From Octopus vulgaris (lineage: Eukaryota): a stretch of DNA of 64,000 nt. A program made the translations under genes and the position numbers. Below are positions 29,170-41,885 of this stretch, one piece after another (position 1 is the first letter of the stretch; the number at the start of each line of letters is the position of its first letter). The notes under the pieces were generated by a model that was given only the letters and a program-made list of their open reading frames with translations, was not told the origin of the DNA and made no database searches. Where the stretch lies: positions 3,100,001 through 3,164,000 of the forward strand of contig OX597838.1 in NCBI GenBank assembly GCA_951406725.2. The letters run 5' to 3'.

Positions 29170-29352
29170 CACCGGCGTAGCAGGGGTTGCGGGGGGGGGG
29201 GGCGTCCCCCACTCGGGGCGGCACTTTTAAAGTGGCAGCACTTTCCATCCTGTTGTAGGCTATTTCTGCAGACAGTATGTGTTTTTTGTGGGATACAGGG
29301 GCGACAAAAGGAAGGGCCTCCCCGGGCGGCACACACCCTAGCTAAGCAAGTG
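29170..29352. mobile_element. hAT (Tip100/Ac-like) MITE
   Basis: Termini CACCGGCGTAGCAGGGG / CCCTAGCTAAGCAAGTG with 8-bp TSD gctacgtg/actacgtg (7/8). Confidence 0.75.
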
Positions 29353-29547
29353 ACTACGTGGGATTAACGATATTGAATGCACCCAGACAGGCAAGCGCCC
29401 ACACACACATATATACACCTTAGTTTACGGGCAAAATCTACAAATAAAGACTACATACATACATACATACATACATACATACATACATACGTACGTACGT
29501 GCATACATACATACATACATACATACATACATACATACATACATACA

Positions 29548-29578
<31 letters not shown>

Positions 29579-29712
29579 CCGCAGATGTGACTGTGTGGTA
29601 CCGGGTTCAGTCTCACTGCCATTACATCTTGAGGAAATGTCTTCTACTGTACTCTCGGGCCGACCAAAGTCTTGTGAGTGGATTTGGTAGACAGAAACTG
29701 AAAGAAGCCCGT

Positions 29713-29775
<63 letters not shown>

Positions 29776-30543
29776 TCACATACGCTCGCGTACATAGTAC
29801 GTGTGTACGTACGTGTGTGTGTGTGTGTGTGTTCTTGCGTATGTGCATATCTATGTGGGTATCTACCGGCTTTTTCTCACTACCAGTTTCATGCTTCTAC
29901 GCTCTCCAGGCAAGGACTGATTTTTCTTTCGATGTGCTCATTTCATAAACATTGTTCTTTTGTCTAAGACTGCGTAGTTATCATTGGTTTATTTCATGTT
30001 TGCGTGTGTGTGTGCGTGCGTGCGTGCGTGCTATCCTTTTATCTATTTTGTCACTGTTTCGCTCTGTTTTATTTCTCTTACGGATAGGACGTGATCTATT
30101 GCTAACGTTTTCATTGGTCAGTTTCCATTGTTTTGCCAGAATGTTGACTGTGGTTGTCGTATCATTTGCCAATTCATTGTTTAAACGTATTCACCGAACG
30201 ACTTCGCTGTTCGTTATATAAGTACCGCTTTATTGTTTTCAATATTCCTGTAGGTTAAATGACGGTTCAGTGATTGTTCTATTTCCGCCACCCTTCCTCA
30301 ATACTTTTCGTTCTGATCCTCTAAATTTGCTTCTTCTTGTCTTGGTTCGGTTGTTTCATATCCTGTTTATCTGAGTGTTTCACTTGTTGCAGAAATTGCT
30401 TACCGAAGTTGTTTGGTTATGGTTCGCTGGTAACTTGTTACGGTTCGCAGGTTTCGTAAGCTGTTATTGCTGAAGTTATTTTGTACCTATGTAAATTTAT
30501 CTGCATGCATACATGTGTGTGTGTGTACTTATATATATGTATG

Positions 30544-30611
<68 letters not shown>

Positions 30612-30621
30612 TATATATATA

Positions 30622-30669
<48 letters not shown>

Positions 30670-30846
30670 CATATATATACACACACACATACACGTTTGC
30701 ATGAATATTTGCTAATGCTCAGATAATACACAAATATATACACGTACACTCACAAAGACATGCATGTGTCTGTAAATATGCATACATGTTTATGTATGTA
30801 AAGGCCTTTTTGAGTATCTGTGTGTGTATGTATATATATATATATA

Positions 30847-31713
30847 CCAGGAGGTATCCAAAGGTAACCGGAAACGTTTTCTGTAAGACAAGCCCTTTGT
30901 AGTCTGGACTGCCGCCGCTGGAAGCCACTTGATGCGATCCTCAGGTATCAGTCTGCCGACCGGCGTCTTCGTGTTGGGTCGTACAACCACGTGGTGCGTC
31001 TTTGTTTTGCAGTGTCACTCCTCTGTTCGTCGATTTTTGCGATGGCTGAAACGAAGGAACAGCACGCGTCCAAGAAATTGTATTTTCTACTGGGAAAAAC
31101 GGCAGCCGAAGCAGTTGTCATGCTTCAAACAGTTTACAAGGACACTGCCGTGGTTTTCACGCTAAAGGAATGGTCACTTACTGCTTGAAGACCAGTGTCG
31201 TCTAGGGCGACCCTCGACCTCTCGAACGAATGCAAACATTATGACAATTCATGAACTGATCTTGTAGGACCGTCACCGAACAGTTGACGAACTTGATATG
31301 ACTGGTGTGTCCCGGAGCTCCTGGCAAGGAATTTTGAGCGAGGAATTGTGAATGAAAAGAGTTGCAGCAAAACTTGTGCCTTGCTTGCTCACGGAAGACT
31401 AAAAGCAGTCACAACTGAATGTGTATCGTGAACTGAAAAAACAGATGGAAGGTCATCCGGACCTTTTTTCGAAGGTCATCGCTAGTGATAAAAAGCTGGT
31501 GCCATGGAATTTGCAGATGTGGAAAAGATAAAGAAAATAGCGAGAGGCATTAAAAGGCATCGCTTCACAAGAGTTCGAACTGTGGAAAACGCGCGTGGAC
31601 CGATGCATTGCTCCAAATGGAGAATTACTCTGAAGACGATAAAAGAGCAAACACATAAAACGAAGTGGATAAAAAATAACACTGCAAACTTCCGGTTTCT
31701 TTTGGGTACCCCT

Positions 31714-31716
<3 letters not shown>
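30847..31716 (+). mobile_element. Internally deleted, degenerate mariner DNA transposon
   Basis: Imperfect ~28-bp TIRs (CCAGGAGGTATCCAAAGGTAACCGGAA / TTCCGGTTTCTTTTGGGTACCCCTTCG). Transposase relics: EQHASKKLYFLLGKTAAEAVVMLQTVY (N-terminal HTH), RVAAKLVPCLLTED and PDLFSKVIASD. Confidence 0.85.
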
Positions 31717-31754
<38 letters not shown>

Positions 31755-32335
31755 CGTATATACAGGCTAAATTTGACAAAAATTTTTGTCTCCTTTTTTT
31801 CGGAAAAAACAGCTAGATGCATTGGTGAAGACTCAACGGCGTTGAAGAGCATAAAGATTAAAGTTGTAGTTAACTGACACGGAGGGTTGGAAGCCATCTG
31901 AATATTGGGAAAGATTTACGAAGGAGATAAAAATTAAAAAGCATGAAGAAGAGGAAGAGGAGAAAGAGAGGGAAAAGAAAAATTGAAGAAGGTAAGGAGA
32001 GGATTAAGAAAAGGAAAAGAAGAGTTTTAGAAGACGAAGAAGGAGAGGGAAGGAGTGAAAGAGGAGGGGAGAAAGAAGAAGAATTGAAAAGCCGAAGGGG
32101 AAGAGGAAGAGGAGGGTACGAAAGAGTGGGAGGAGGAGAAGAAGAAGAAGAAGAAGAAGAAGAAGAAGAAGAAGAAGAAGAAGAAGAAGAAGAAGAAGAA
32201 GAAGAAGAACAACAACAACAACAACAACAACAACAAGAGGAAGAACAAGAACAAGAACAACAACAACAACAACAAGAACAACAACACTTCTTTTGATCTT
32301 TTAATATTTAACAACCTAATTAAGTATTAGCGTAA

Positions 32336-32354
32336 TTTATTAACATAATTTATT
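32336..32354 (-). terminator. Two AATAAA polyadenylation signals immediately after the ALKBH4 stop
   Basis: Plus-strand TTTATT at 32349-32354 and 32336-32341, 2 and 15 nt beyond the stop codon. Confidence 0.55.
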
Positions 32355-32356
32355 CG

Positions 32357-32875
32357 TCACCGATCTGAAGTTTCACCGACAGAAATTCCTTGGAAAGAAA
32401 GGGCTGTCCGTATAAGTTGATCCCCAATATCGGAGCGGGGTCCCCCTGGCAGGAATTCGACAGTGGGTTCTCGGAAGGTCATTGCAAGTCGGCGTGATTG
32501 AATGTCTTGTCTGTGTATGGCGTGTTTCCATTGGTATCGTGCCGGGCCGTGGACGACGACCAGCGAGCGGCGCGGCAGCGGAACGCGAACCTCGATCCCA
32601 GGGTTCGTCTCCAGGCTCATGCTGAGGTAGGTGTCGCTGAGGAGGTTGACGGTCACCAGTCGTTCACCCCAGATCCAGAAATCGTCGAAGTGGGCATCGA
32701 TGGCAGCGCCCCTCGACGGTTCGTACTCAAGATTGCAAAGCTCAACGGGAACGAAACCGGACAACTCTGGTATGGAAGCCAAACGGTCGACGAGAAACTT
32801 GCTGAAGCCTGGAAGACCCGTGAACGCTGAACACTTCACCTTCTGCTTTTTGAAATTCACTTTTGGACCATAATC
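32357..32875 (-). CDS. ALKBH4: ALKBH4 coding exon 3 of 3 (catalytic domain, includes stop)
   Basis: Acceptor ttttccctctgtttcag. DYGPKVNFKKQK...ELCNLEY...AIDAHFDDFWIWGERLV (HxD)...RYQWKHAI (distal His)...RRLAMTFRE (2OG-binding Arg). TGA at 32357-32359. Spliced protein is 34+70+172=276 aa. Confidence 0.95.
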   Translation of the reverse strand, partial: DYGPKVNFKKQKVKCSAFTGLPGFSKFLVDRLASIPELSGFVPVELCNLEYEPSRGAAIDAHFDDFWIWGERLVTVNLLSDTYLSMSLETNPGIEVRVPLPRRSLVVVHGPARYQWKHAIHRQDIQSRRLAMTFREPTVEFLPGGPRSDIGDQLIRTALSFQGISVGETSDR

Positions 32876-32951
32876 CTGAAACAGAGGGAAAACATCATCA
32901 ACATCAACAACAACAACATCATCATCATCATCATCATCATCACCATCACCC

Positions 32952-32983
<32 letters not shown>

Positions 32984-33224
32984 GTCATCATCATTATTAT
33001 TAAGACGGCGAACTGGCAAAATCGTTAGCACACCGGACTAAATGCTAAACAGCATTTCGTCCGACTTTACGTTCTGAGTTCAAACGTAGCCGAGGTCGAC
33101 TTTAATTTTTGTCCTTTCGGGGCCGTTAAAATAAGGACCAGTCTAGTACTAGAGGTTGATATAATCGACTTACTCACCCCATCCTCCTCCCAAAATTTCA
33201 GGATTTGTGCCTATATTAGGAAGG

Positions 33225-33290
<66 letters not shown>

Positions 33291-33840
33291 GAGTGAGAGA
33301 GCAGTACTTGCCATCAAAGTGACACTGGGGTAAAATATATAAAGCCCAGTATACCCATCATGACTACCCGTCTGATAAGGGTACACCAGGCACATGCATC
33401 ACAACCATATGTGCGCGACATGGTGATCTCATATCAAGATAAACAGCACATGACCTTGCAGGTGGGGCCCAGTTGGAATTTTCTTCAGGTCGAGTGGCCC
33501 ATCCCGCTCAAAAGGTCCCTGAATATTATTTAAGGATGTTGAAAGAACCACCCATGTTTCCAAAGGTGAATAATTCAAACAGCAAAGAATTCCTCTCAAC
33601 ACATGGCTATGATGCTCCCACACTACTTCTGCTTGTGATCAGAGATGCACATATCGTCAGCCACCAAGGGACATGCTCAACTGGTTACGGTCAAACTACT
33701 GACAAGCAAATCTGTGGTATTGAGCAGAATATTTGCTGTAGCCCATCTTTTATACCAAGACAAAACAATGTACATGATAACACTTCCAATCAGTTAAGAT
33801 CAGAAGCCATGAGAGCCACTGCCAGGGACTGCATCAGGGC

Positions 33841-33841
<1 letters not shown>
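33291..33841. mobile_element. ~550-bp non-coding interspersed repeat embedded in (ATT)n arrays
   Basis: Highly similar copies at ~18688-18940 (right part) and ~43488-43968 (left part). Shared termini abut (ATT)n in every copy. Confidence 0.8.
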
Positions 33842-33876
<35 letters not shown>

Positions 33877-34056
33877 TATTATTATTGAAAAGGCGGCGAA
33901 CTGGACGAAATGTTTGCCGCTACGCTGTGAGTTCAAATTCCGCCGAGGTCAACTTTGCCTTTCATGGACGATAAATTAAGTAGCAGTGTAATCGACAAGT
34001 GCCCCTCCCCACAAATTTGAGGCCTTGTGTCTCCAGTAGGAAGGATTATTGCAAGC

Positions 34057-34129
34057 GGTAGCACGGTGTGGTGGTTACCACATCTGCTTTACACGCAGAA
34101 GGTCGTGAGTTCGAAACGCACTGGAACCC
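34057..34129 (+). pseudogene. tRNA-Val(TAC) pseudogene
   Basis: GGTAGCACGGTGTGGTGGTTACCACATCTGCTTTACACGCAGAAGGTCGTGAGTTCGAAACGCACTGGAACCC. Perfect anticodon arm TCTGC-TTTACAC-GCAGA (TAC at 34090-34092), but two acceptor-stem mismatches, one T-stem mismatch and no T4 terminator. Confidence 0.8.
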
Positions 34130-34835
34130 ATGCTTGTATTTATAAGAATGGTTAGCACGTCGGGCGAAGAAATGTCTAGCGGTATTTCTTCCGTCTTTAC
34201 GTTCTGCGTTCTAACTCCGCTAAGGTCTGACTTTGCCTTTCATCTTTTCAGGGTCGATGAAATAAGTATCAGTCAAGTACTAGCGGGGGGGGGGGTCGAT
34301 GTAATCTACTTCCTTCAAAACTACTGGTCTTGTGGCAAAATTTGAAACCATTAAGGTCAAATACTGCCGAGGTCAACTTTGCCTTATATCGGCCAAAACC
34401 CGACCCCTCCACATTGCTGTCCTTTTAGTAATGGAAATGGTGGTAGTGGTATTAGTAGTAGGAGGAGGAGGAGGAGGACGACGATGAAGGTAGTGGTGGG
34501 GAACGGGGTGTAAAGAAAAGCTATCTACTAAATAACCGAGATCAATAAATCACTCAATACCACCACCGCCGACCGCCGCCATCACAACCACTTGATGAGT
34601 GCGGTTTGTTGACAGGAAAGCGTTTTCACAAGAACAAAAGATCATCTCCAGGTCAGTACCTACTTGACCCGTCTTCACACACACACACACACACACATAC
34701 ACACACAACTCTTCCTGACGCATTTACACACAGCATACTTAACCATGCGCACACATACACACTAACAGCTTTCGCGTACATACATATTTAGACAGTTTCC
34801 ATACACACACACACGGCCTGCACAATATATATACA

Positions 34836-34939
<104 letters not shown>

Positions 34940-34944
34940 ATATA

Positions 34945-34991
<47 letters not shown>

Positions 34992-34997
34992 TATATA

Positions 34998-35102
<105 letters not shown>

Positions 35103-36599
35103 TATGTGTATACATATACACACACACATATATACATATATTTATACACACACACACCACATACACGCACGTACACACACACGCGCACATACTGCCTTGA
35201 AATAGTATGATGCTGACTTGATTACAATTGCGATTAAAGAAGTACTCAATACCCTGAAACAAAGTAAATAAAACAAAAACACAAAGGTTCGATTAGTCAC
35301 GACTAGCTAGCGCGGATGCGCGAGTGCGCGCACCGGGACCACTCTTCTTAAGTAGTACCGAAGAAAGCGACCCCACCGGCCATATCCTGTTTTTGTATCC
35401 AAACTGGCCAGATCCAGCCTCTCACACCTACCCTACAATGTCCTTCTTAAAATAAAACAATCACATCATAGAATCGCGAGGCTGTGAGAGTCAACGCAAG
35501 AAAGCAACGCGAAGAAACCGTTATTAAATGTGGCAGAGTCTTGTGAGGGCTGAAGAGTCGGATTTTGGAAGTTATTCTGTCGAGTCTTTTGCCGAACCGC
35601 TAGATTACGGGGGATAAACACCAGTTATCAAGCGGTGAGAGAGACAAGTACATCGTATACACATACACACATATACGACAGGCTTCCACACAGTTTCCGT
35701 CTACTAAATTCACTCGCAACACATTGGTCGGCCCCGAGCTAATAGAAGACACTTGCCGCGTGCCTAGGACTGAACCCGAAACCAAGTCGTTACAAAGCCA
35801 GCTTCTTAACCACGTTGCCATATTTGCGATCCTCTGTGTGTGTGTGTGTGTGTGTGTGTGTTGATGATGATGAGGGCATCTGAAGCAGGAACACGTGTCC
35901 ATTAAGACAGCAAAATAGGGAAACCCCTACAAAGACGTTTGACCTGCTAGAAATAACAGCGAATTTTTCCCTCAGACTACTTACTCTCTTGAAAACGGAA
36001 GAAACGGGAATGCGTACAAAATTAAATAAACAAATAATAAAACAAAACCAAAACCTATAAACAAAAGACAGCGGGGAGGCGGGGGGGTCAGAGCTAAATA
36101 CGACCATAAATCTTGTCTGTAAGGGTTGACCTCCTGATCAACAATAATACACACCCACACACCCACCCAATATAGACTAAACATCGAATATAGAAAAGTC
36201 TTTACCGCCAACGTCCCCAGCACTACGGAGACATCTCCAGCACCAACACCCTCGCACTGGCCTCCTCCACTCCAACCACCACCGACGCCGCCAATCTGCC
36301 ACCTTCACCCGACCCTCCCCCTATCCACACTACCTCACCAGCCGCCCCCGACGCCGCCACCAGCAACAACTACCACCGTCATAACCACCAGGCTATCTCT
36401 GGTCAGTTTGTTTTCGTCCAGTAAGATTCACCCCCCCTACACCACGACCACTCCCTCACCAGACTGTAGTTGTTCATTCTGGGATGACCATTACTGATCC
36501 ATTAGTCACGCTTCAATGATTTTTAGTCTACAAAAACACCAGCATCGCCACCACAACTAATTTCCACCACCACCATAACACACACACACACACACACAC

Positions 36600-36770
36600 C
36601 GTGTGCCAAATATTTATTGTGGGCCTCAACACCTGAACCTGCGGCCCGCGGGACGTTCTGAATGACAGGCCCTAACGAAAAATCATCTTCAATTTTTTTT
36701 TAGTAGTGCGGCCCTCCTAATGATAAGTCATGTCTCATGCGGCCCGCTTCTTGGCCTTTCCCACCTGCTC
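36600..36770. mobile_element. Degenerate hAT-Charlie-like fragment
   Basis: Three GCGGCCC subterminal motifs typical of Charlie/SPIN-type hAT ends. Confidence 0.4.
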
Positions 36771-37781
36771 TTCACAGAGGTTAATCCAACTAGAAATAGC
36801 AGCCAAATCTCCGTCAATTGAACCGTCATTGTCTGAAAACAAATAGTGAAGGAAGTGTATACTAAGATGATAAAGTCAAACATAGAAAAAAAGACCGGAT
36901 GGTCGCGACTGGACTGTCAAAGTTCTACTCGTAAATAACTCGTGTGAGGCAATAAAATTTAGATGTGTGTGTATACATGTGTATATATATATTTGACTGC
37001 GGCCATGATGGAGCACCGCCTTGAAGGGTTTTTTTTTTTAGTCGAATAAGTGAAATTTTTTTTCAAGCCTAGCACTTATTTTTTATCGGTGTTTTTGCCG
37101 AACCGCTAAGTTACGGGAACGTAAACACACCAACATCAGTTCTCAAGCACACACACACACACAGGCACGGTTGTATGGTTCAAGCAATTAGCTTTGGAAC
37201 AACGTGGTTTCAGGTTGGTAATATGTAAATCGGGTACTATACTCTCGTTCCATCGCCGTCTGCTCCACTGTAGCTTTTAAAGGCTGTATCCGCCTTACAC
37301 ACAGTATCTATTATCCACGCTGTTTAGTATTACGTGAGATGTATCTATGTGGCGGAGAGGAGACACCGCTACAGGGATGACACGGCGAAATGTAAAGGAC
37401 AGACATGGCGAACAGGGGACGGCGAGAATAGAAAAATATAAAGTGTGTTGACATAAACTAATATGTATGTGTGTGAGGAGCGAGTTTTCAACTTTATATA
37501 CACACTGATTTTTTTTTTCTAGGGCACAAAGGGCCGAACACAGAGGGGGCGATACAAGGACAGACAGAATAAGTGGGGACAAAAAACATGAAACTTTATA
37601 TACACATTCAACACACACCGATCCACATGAAGCGTGTATCTGTCTACGAGGGACGATTTCATTTCGATTTACGTCTATTTGATTGCGTGTGTATATATTT
37701 ATTCGTATGATGGACTCTCTCGTCGAAGACTACGTAATGAGTTCAACTTCTGTCGAAAGACCTGCACAAATTTGTTTAGAG

Positions 37782-38069
37782 TAGGGGTTCTCAACCATTT
37801 TTTTATCTATGGACCCCTTTGATTACTATTTTATTCTGGTGGACCCCTACAGCCATTCTAGGTTTAAAAACTAGTTTTATAGAAATTTCATTCAAAATTC
37901 CTATTTTGTTCTTCACACATTCACTTGTGTAGGTTGGACCCTGTAAAATGTTAGGGCAAGAAACCTGGCAATACATATCAGCAAAATCATTTCAGGGGCC
38001 CTTAAAATGCTATTTACAATTTTGTTACGTAGACCCACAAAATCTTATATCCCGGTTGAAAACCCCCTG
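37782..38069 (+). mobile_element. hAT (Charlie-type) MITE inserted into an older repeat
   Basis: TIRs TAGGGGTTCTCAACC / GGTTGAAAACCCCCTG with degenerate 8-bp TSD gtttagag/gtttataa. Related copies lie in reverse orientation at ~61060-61378 and ~61775-61965. Confidence 0.8.
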
Positions 38070-40748
38070 GTTTATAATGATCAAATGTTCGAGCCGCACG
38101 TTAGCTTACTCTCTCCATATCAAACTGATGTTGTCTAAACCGTAGACGGTAATAAGTCCACAACAATTCATGGTGTCTGGTAATTAAGTCACAGAAAAAT
38201 GCCGCAATTCTGTCTGGGAAAGAAAGTCAGGTAAACAAACAAAAATATTCAAGTCAGTCGTGATTTATTAAAGTACCATAAACAAGGTAATTAAACAAAA
38301 TATTTTCAATTAGTTTATTAACTGATAATACATATTTATATAAGAAGGCGTTACATGACTTTTTTTTCTACCTGGATTCGCCTGAACAGGTGCCTTACAC
38401 AAACCTCTATGTAACACCACACAATGCTTCCTCAAAAATCACTCCGTAATACGCACGCGACAAGCTTCCTTCAGTTTTTTGTCAACCAAATCCACTCACA
38501 AGGGTTTTGGTCGGTCCGCGACAATAGTAGGAGACACTTGCCCAAGGTGCCACGCAGTGGAACTGAACACAGAAGCATGTTGTTACGAAGCAAGCTACCA
38601 TACAGCCATGCCTAAATACTTTGGCGGACGTCTGGGGTAGGTCGCCCACATAAATTGGAGTTTGTTTTGAAGGGATTTTTCAGGGGAGGGGTTCCCACGG
38701 TACCCTTGGAAATGAGCTGAAGCATCCTTTGAACAATTAATTTTTCGTAAAATGGTTTATTTTAACCCTCCCCAATGAGATTTTGTGGACACTTCGCATA
38801 ATTTCTTTGGGTACGACGCACTTAAAAACAATAGAAGCCTTTTCGGTAGAAAGCAAAAAACATTTTCAGACGAAAAAGTGTGATTAAGGGAGATTTAGTT
38901 GTTGTTTCTAGCATATACCAATCTTAATTTTTCTACACTACTTAAAAATCAAATGATTGAAGAACAATGTGTGTGTGTGTGAGAGAGAGAGACTGAATGA
39001 GTGTGTGAGAGAGAGAGAGAGACTGAATGAATGTGTGTGTGTGTGAGAGAGAGAGACTGAATAAGTGTGTGTGTGTGATGTTCAGCAGCGATGGAGTCAA
39101 CTGTTGCAGAACGCACGTGAGATCAAATACCGCCCGACTGTTCAACATTAATTTCATTTTAAAAGTTTCGGTTTCGCAAACATTTAATGTACTCTCAGTC
39201 AATTCAGATGTCTGTTGTAGATTTCTCTAAGTAAACTGGACGGTCACGGATAGAACGGCTTTAATTGTTAGGTCAGACCTGAGACTAGACAATAATACTT
39301 GAAGCTGCCCTGCTTACAAATTTATAACAATGTCATATATAAACACAACCACGTGTAGACAGAAAAACCAGTATTTACACAAACACGTGTATATACATAT
39401 ATTTATACCCAAATCTACGCATATACACACACTTGACTTTGGACAATATAAATACAAATGGACTGGTTTTATTCATGAAATGCCTCAACCAATTTACAAA
39501 CATTTCGTGTTCGAAATTCAATAACAAACATTGTGCCTGTATGTGGTATAACTACAGTTTGAGGCCCCGCCGACTTCCCTCGTAATTTTATGAAAATTAC
39601 TTTTGGCGGAGGTAAATAATACACCACGCGACTCGTCTTCGGCATAACCCTGAACACCGGGTGTACGTATTTTAACCCTTGCCATTGAAAAAAGGATTTT
39701 TGGATGAGTTTCAAACCATTTCTCCGGCCCTTTCCGACTTTAAAATAAATAGTGTGAAATGATATTTTACAGAAAACCATTTTCTGGGATGTGGATTATG
39801 TGGTGTTCAAGATTCGACTGCGGAAATCTCAAAGAAAAAAAAAAAAAAACAAGTGAAAAATGTTAAAATAAGGAAAATGACAACAAAATCGAATAGAGGG
39901 AAGAGCGGTCTGAAACTCTCCCAAAATATTTGGCGATGTTACGGTTTGCCAAATATTTTTTTTTCTCAATTCTATCGGCATTATATACACTTTCAAAAAC
40001 ACCTCTGCAAAATTTCGCTAATAATGTATTTTTCAGAAAGTTATAAACAAATTTTGGGGGACACCAAAATAGTTCTGCCTTATTTATACACGCGCTTATT
40101 TATTTACAAACAAATAATATACGCACGTGCGTATATTCTATGTATACACAAACAAACTTCGCCAGCTGTTTTCAATCTCCATGTGCATTATTACCGGTGG
40201 GAAAGGCATGAATGCCACACTTCACAGTCCAATAGCTTACTATATCACAAAAAATATAAACAGCCTTTGCACAAAAGACACACAATATTTATACTGTTAT
40301 CTCTGTAATACCTTTATTGTGAAACTTTCAAAAAAATTCTTAAACGACATTCCAGTCGTAGAAATTAGTTTTAAAAAAATGGAATTAGCACCAATTATTG
40401 TTGGTTTGGTTTAAAGCCAAAATTAGTGAGGTGGGTGAGTGATAATAATTATGACAAACACAACCGTAGTTCGCGCTTCGAACTACAGAAATATTCATGG
40501 ATGTTTGTTTTGAGCTTCGTCACAGGTGAGTAATTAATTGTTCAACATTATTGTTCCATCGTTTTCAGGATTCAATAAGTTTTTTGGGGGGGTTTTTAAG
40601 TGAAAAAAAAGTTTTAGCTTTTTCCTTATTTTTGGTTTGTTTTTCTTTACGAAAATAAAAATTAACTGTGAAAATAAAAGTGTTGCATTATTAATATGAT
40701 TTAAACTGTAAAAAGTTTTCAAATGAAGTAAAAGATAGAAAAAAAAAG

Positions 40749-41885
40749 TTATTTGCTTTCGCTTTTCCGTTTTTTCGATCGTTTTGACCGTTTGTTGGCG
40801 GAGTTTAAACGCTTGCATCTTCTCATGTGCAACACTTTCTGCTTGGATTTCGACACCAGACTCATCGAGGCGTGGTGCATTCGCCTGCCCCTTCGTCCAT
40901 ACAGGATATTGTCGTGCATTCGCCGATATGTGACATGCTCGCTCACTTCACGGAAGCTGTTTATCAAAGTGCTCATTTTCTGGTTATCTTTGCCGAATCC
41001 CGTAAAGATTGAGCCCAAAGAGGGGTGGATGCATGGGAATGCATCGCCGCTTCCATACGCCGACTTCGTGCTGTCCAGTCGACACGGGTGGAATTGGGGT
41101 GGCACGCGGCCTGGCAAAGGGATCCCCCAGGCTTCAGAAACGTGTGTGAAGAGGAGATTGCTGATGCGGCGGTGAGCCGTCATGTCCCAGTGAATTCCAT
41201 CTTTACTCAGTCTGTGCCTGTGGTAGCGAAGAAAGTAGTGCAAGTCGAGAAAATCAAACGGGTAGTCCTTTATAAGGTTGTAGACGAATTCGTTAGCTGC
41301 TAGTATATCTTTGGGGAGTCTCTGTTTCTGGGAGCGGGCTTTCGATCCCAGGAAACCACCGTACGCTTCTGTAGAGACTGGTAAGGTACTGTTCCATATG
41401 ACCAGACAGCTGGGCTTGAGCGTCTTCAAGAGTGAGTCGAACAGAATCTTCAGTTTCTCTTTGTAGGCTGGCCAACCGTTCGCGCCATAGCGGCTCAAGT
41501 CCCACAGGCAGGAATTCATTATTAAAATGTCAGGGGGAATTTTCTTGAGATCGTCCAGAATTTCTTCAACTTTTTTGTTAAAGCATCGAGTTACAAAATA
41601 AAATCGTATAAAAAACGAGTCGTTCCGATACTGTCTGATTTCACAATAATCAATACCGTTCGTCATTCCGTTTTGACAGCCGCCTTTCAATAAAGTGTCT
41701 CCACTGAACGATAATTCGCCTTTTACTCTCATGTCGCCATCAGTCAGATAAAAATTGTTTCCTCTGTCACTCAACATTGACACAATGTCTTTGTAAATGG
41801 CTCGCTGGATAGAGTCGCCAATAATGACCAAAAATTTCTCGCTAAGAAGTCGTTTAATGTCATGGCTTAAAAATATGTCAGCCAT
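40749..41885 (-). CDS. PC-esterase domain / SGNH-hydrolase family protein (PCED1A/B, FAM113-like); single coding exon nested in ALKBH4 intron 2
   Basis: Uninterrupted 378-aa non-repetitive ORF with IIGDSIQRAIYKD (GDS nucleophile block), YCEIRQY, RFYFVTR, MNSCLWDLSRYG, LDLHY and DGIHW (DxxH) motifs typical of PCED1/FAM113. Basic C-terminal tail. Confidence 0.88.
   Translation of the reverse strand: MADIFLSHDIKRLLSEKFLVIIGDSIQRAIYKDIVSMLSDRGNNFYLTDGDMRVKGELSFSGDTLLKGGCQNGMTNGIDYCEIRQYRNDSFFIRFYFVTRCFNKKVEEILDDLKKIPPDILIMNSCLWDLSRYGANGWPAYKEKLKILFDSLLKTLKPSCLVIWNSTLPVSTEAYGGFLGSKARSQKQRLPKDILAANEFVYNLIKDYPFDFLDLHYFLRYHRHRLSKDGIHWDMTAHRRISNLLFTHVSEAWGIPLPGRVPPQFHPCRLDSTKSAYGSGDAFPCIHPSLGSIFTGFGKDNQKMSTLINSFREVSEHVTYRRMHDNILYGRRGRRMHHASMSLVSKSKQKVLHMRRCKRLNSANKRSKRSKKRKSESK

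Noticed and set aside
31943-32296. 117-aa Lys/Glu/Gln-rich ORF
   Set aside because: Purine-rich low-complexity and (GAA)n/(CAA)n repeat downstream of ALKBH4.
32876-33031. Acidic N-terminal extension of the 224-aa ORF 32357-33031
   Set aside because: It lies upstream of the exon 3 splice acceptor and is a (GAT)n microsatellite plus SINE head; intronic read-through.
40753-41303. Plus-strand ORFs of 140, 61 and 92 aa opposite the PCED1-like gene
   Set aside because: Antisense shadows of a real CDS with no recognisable motifs.
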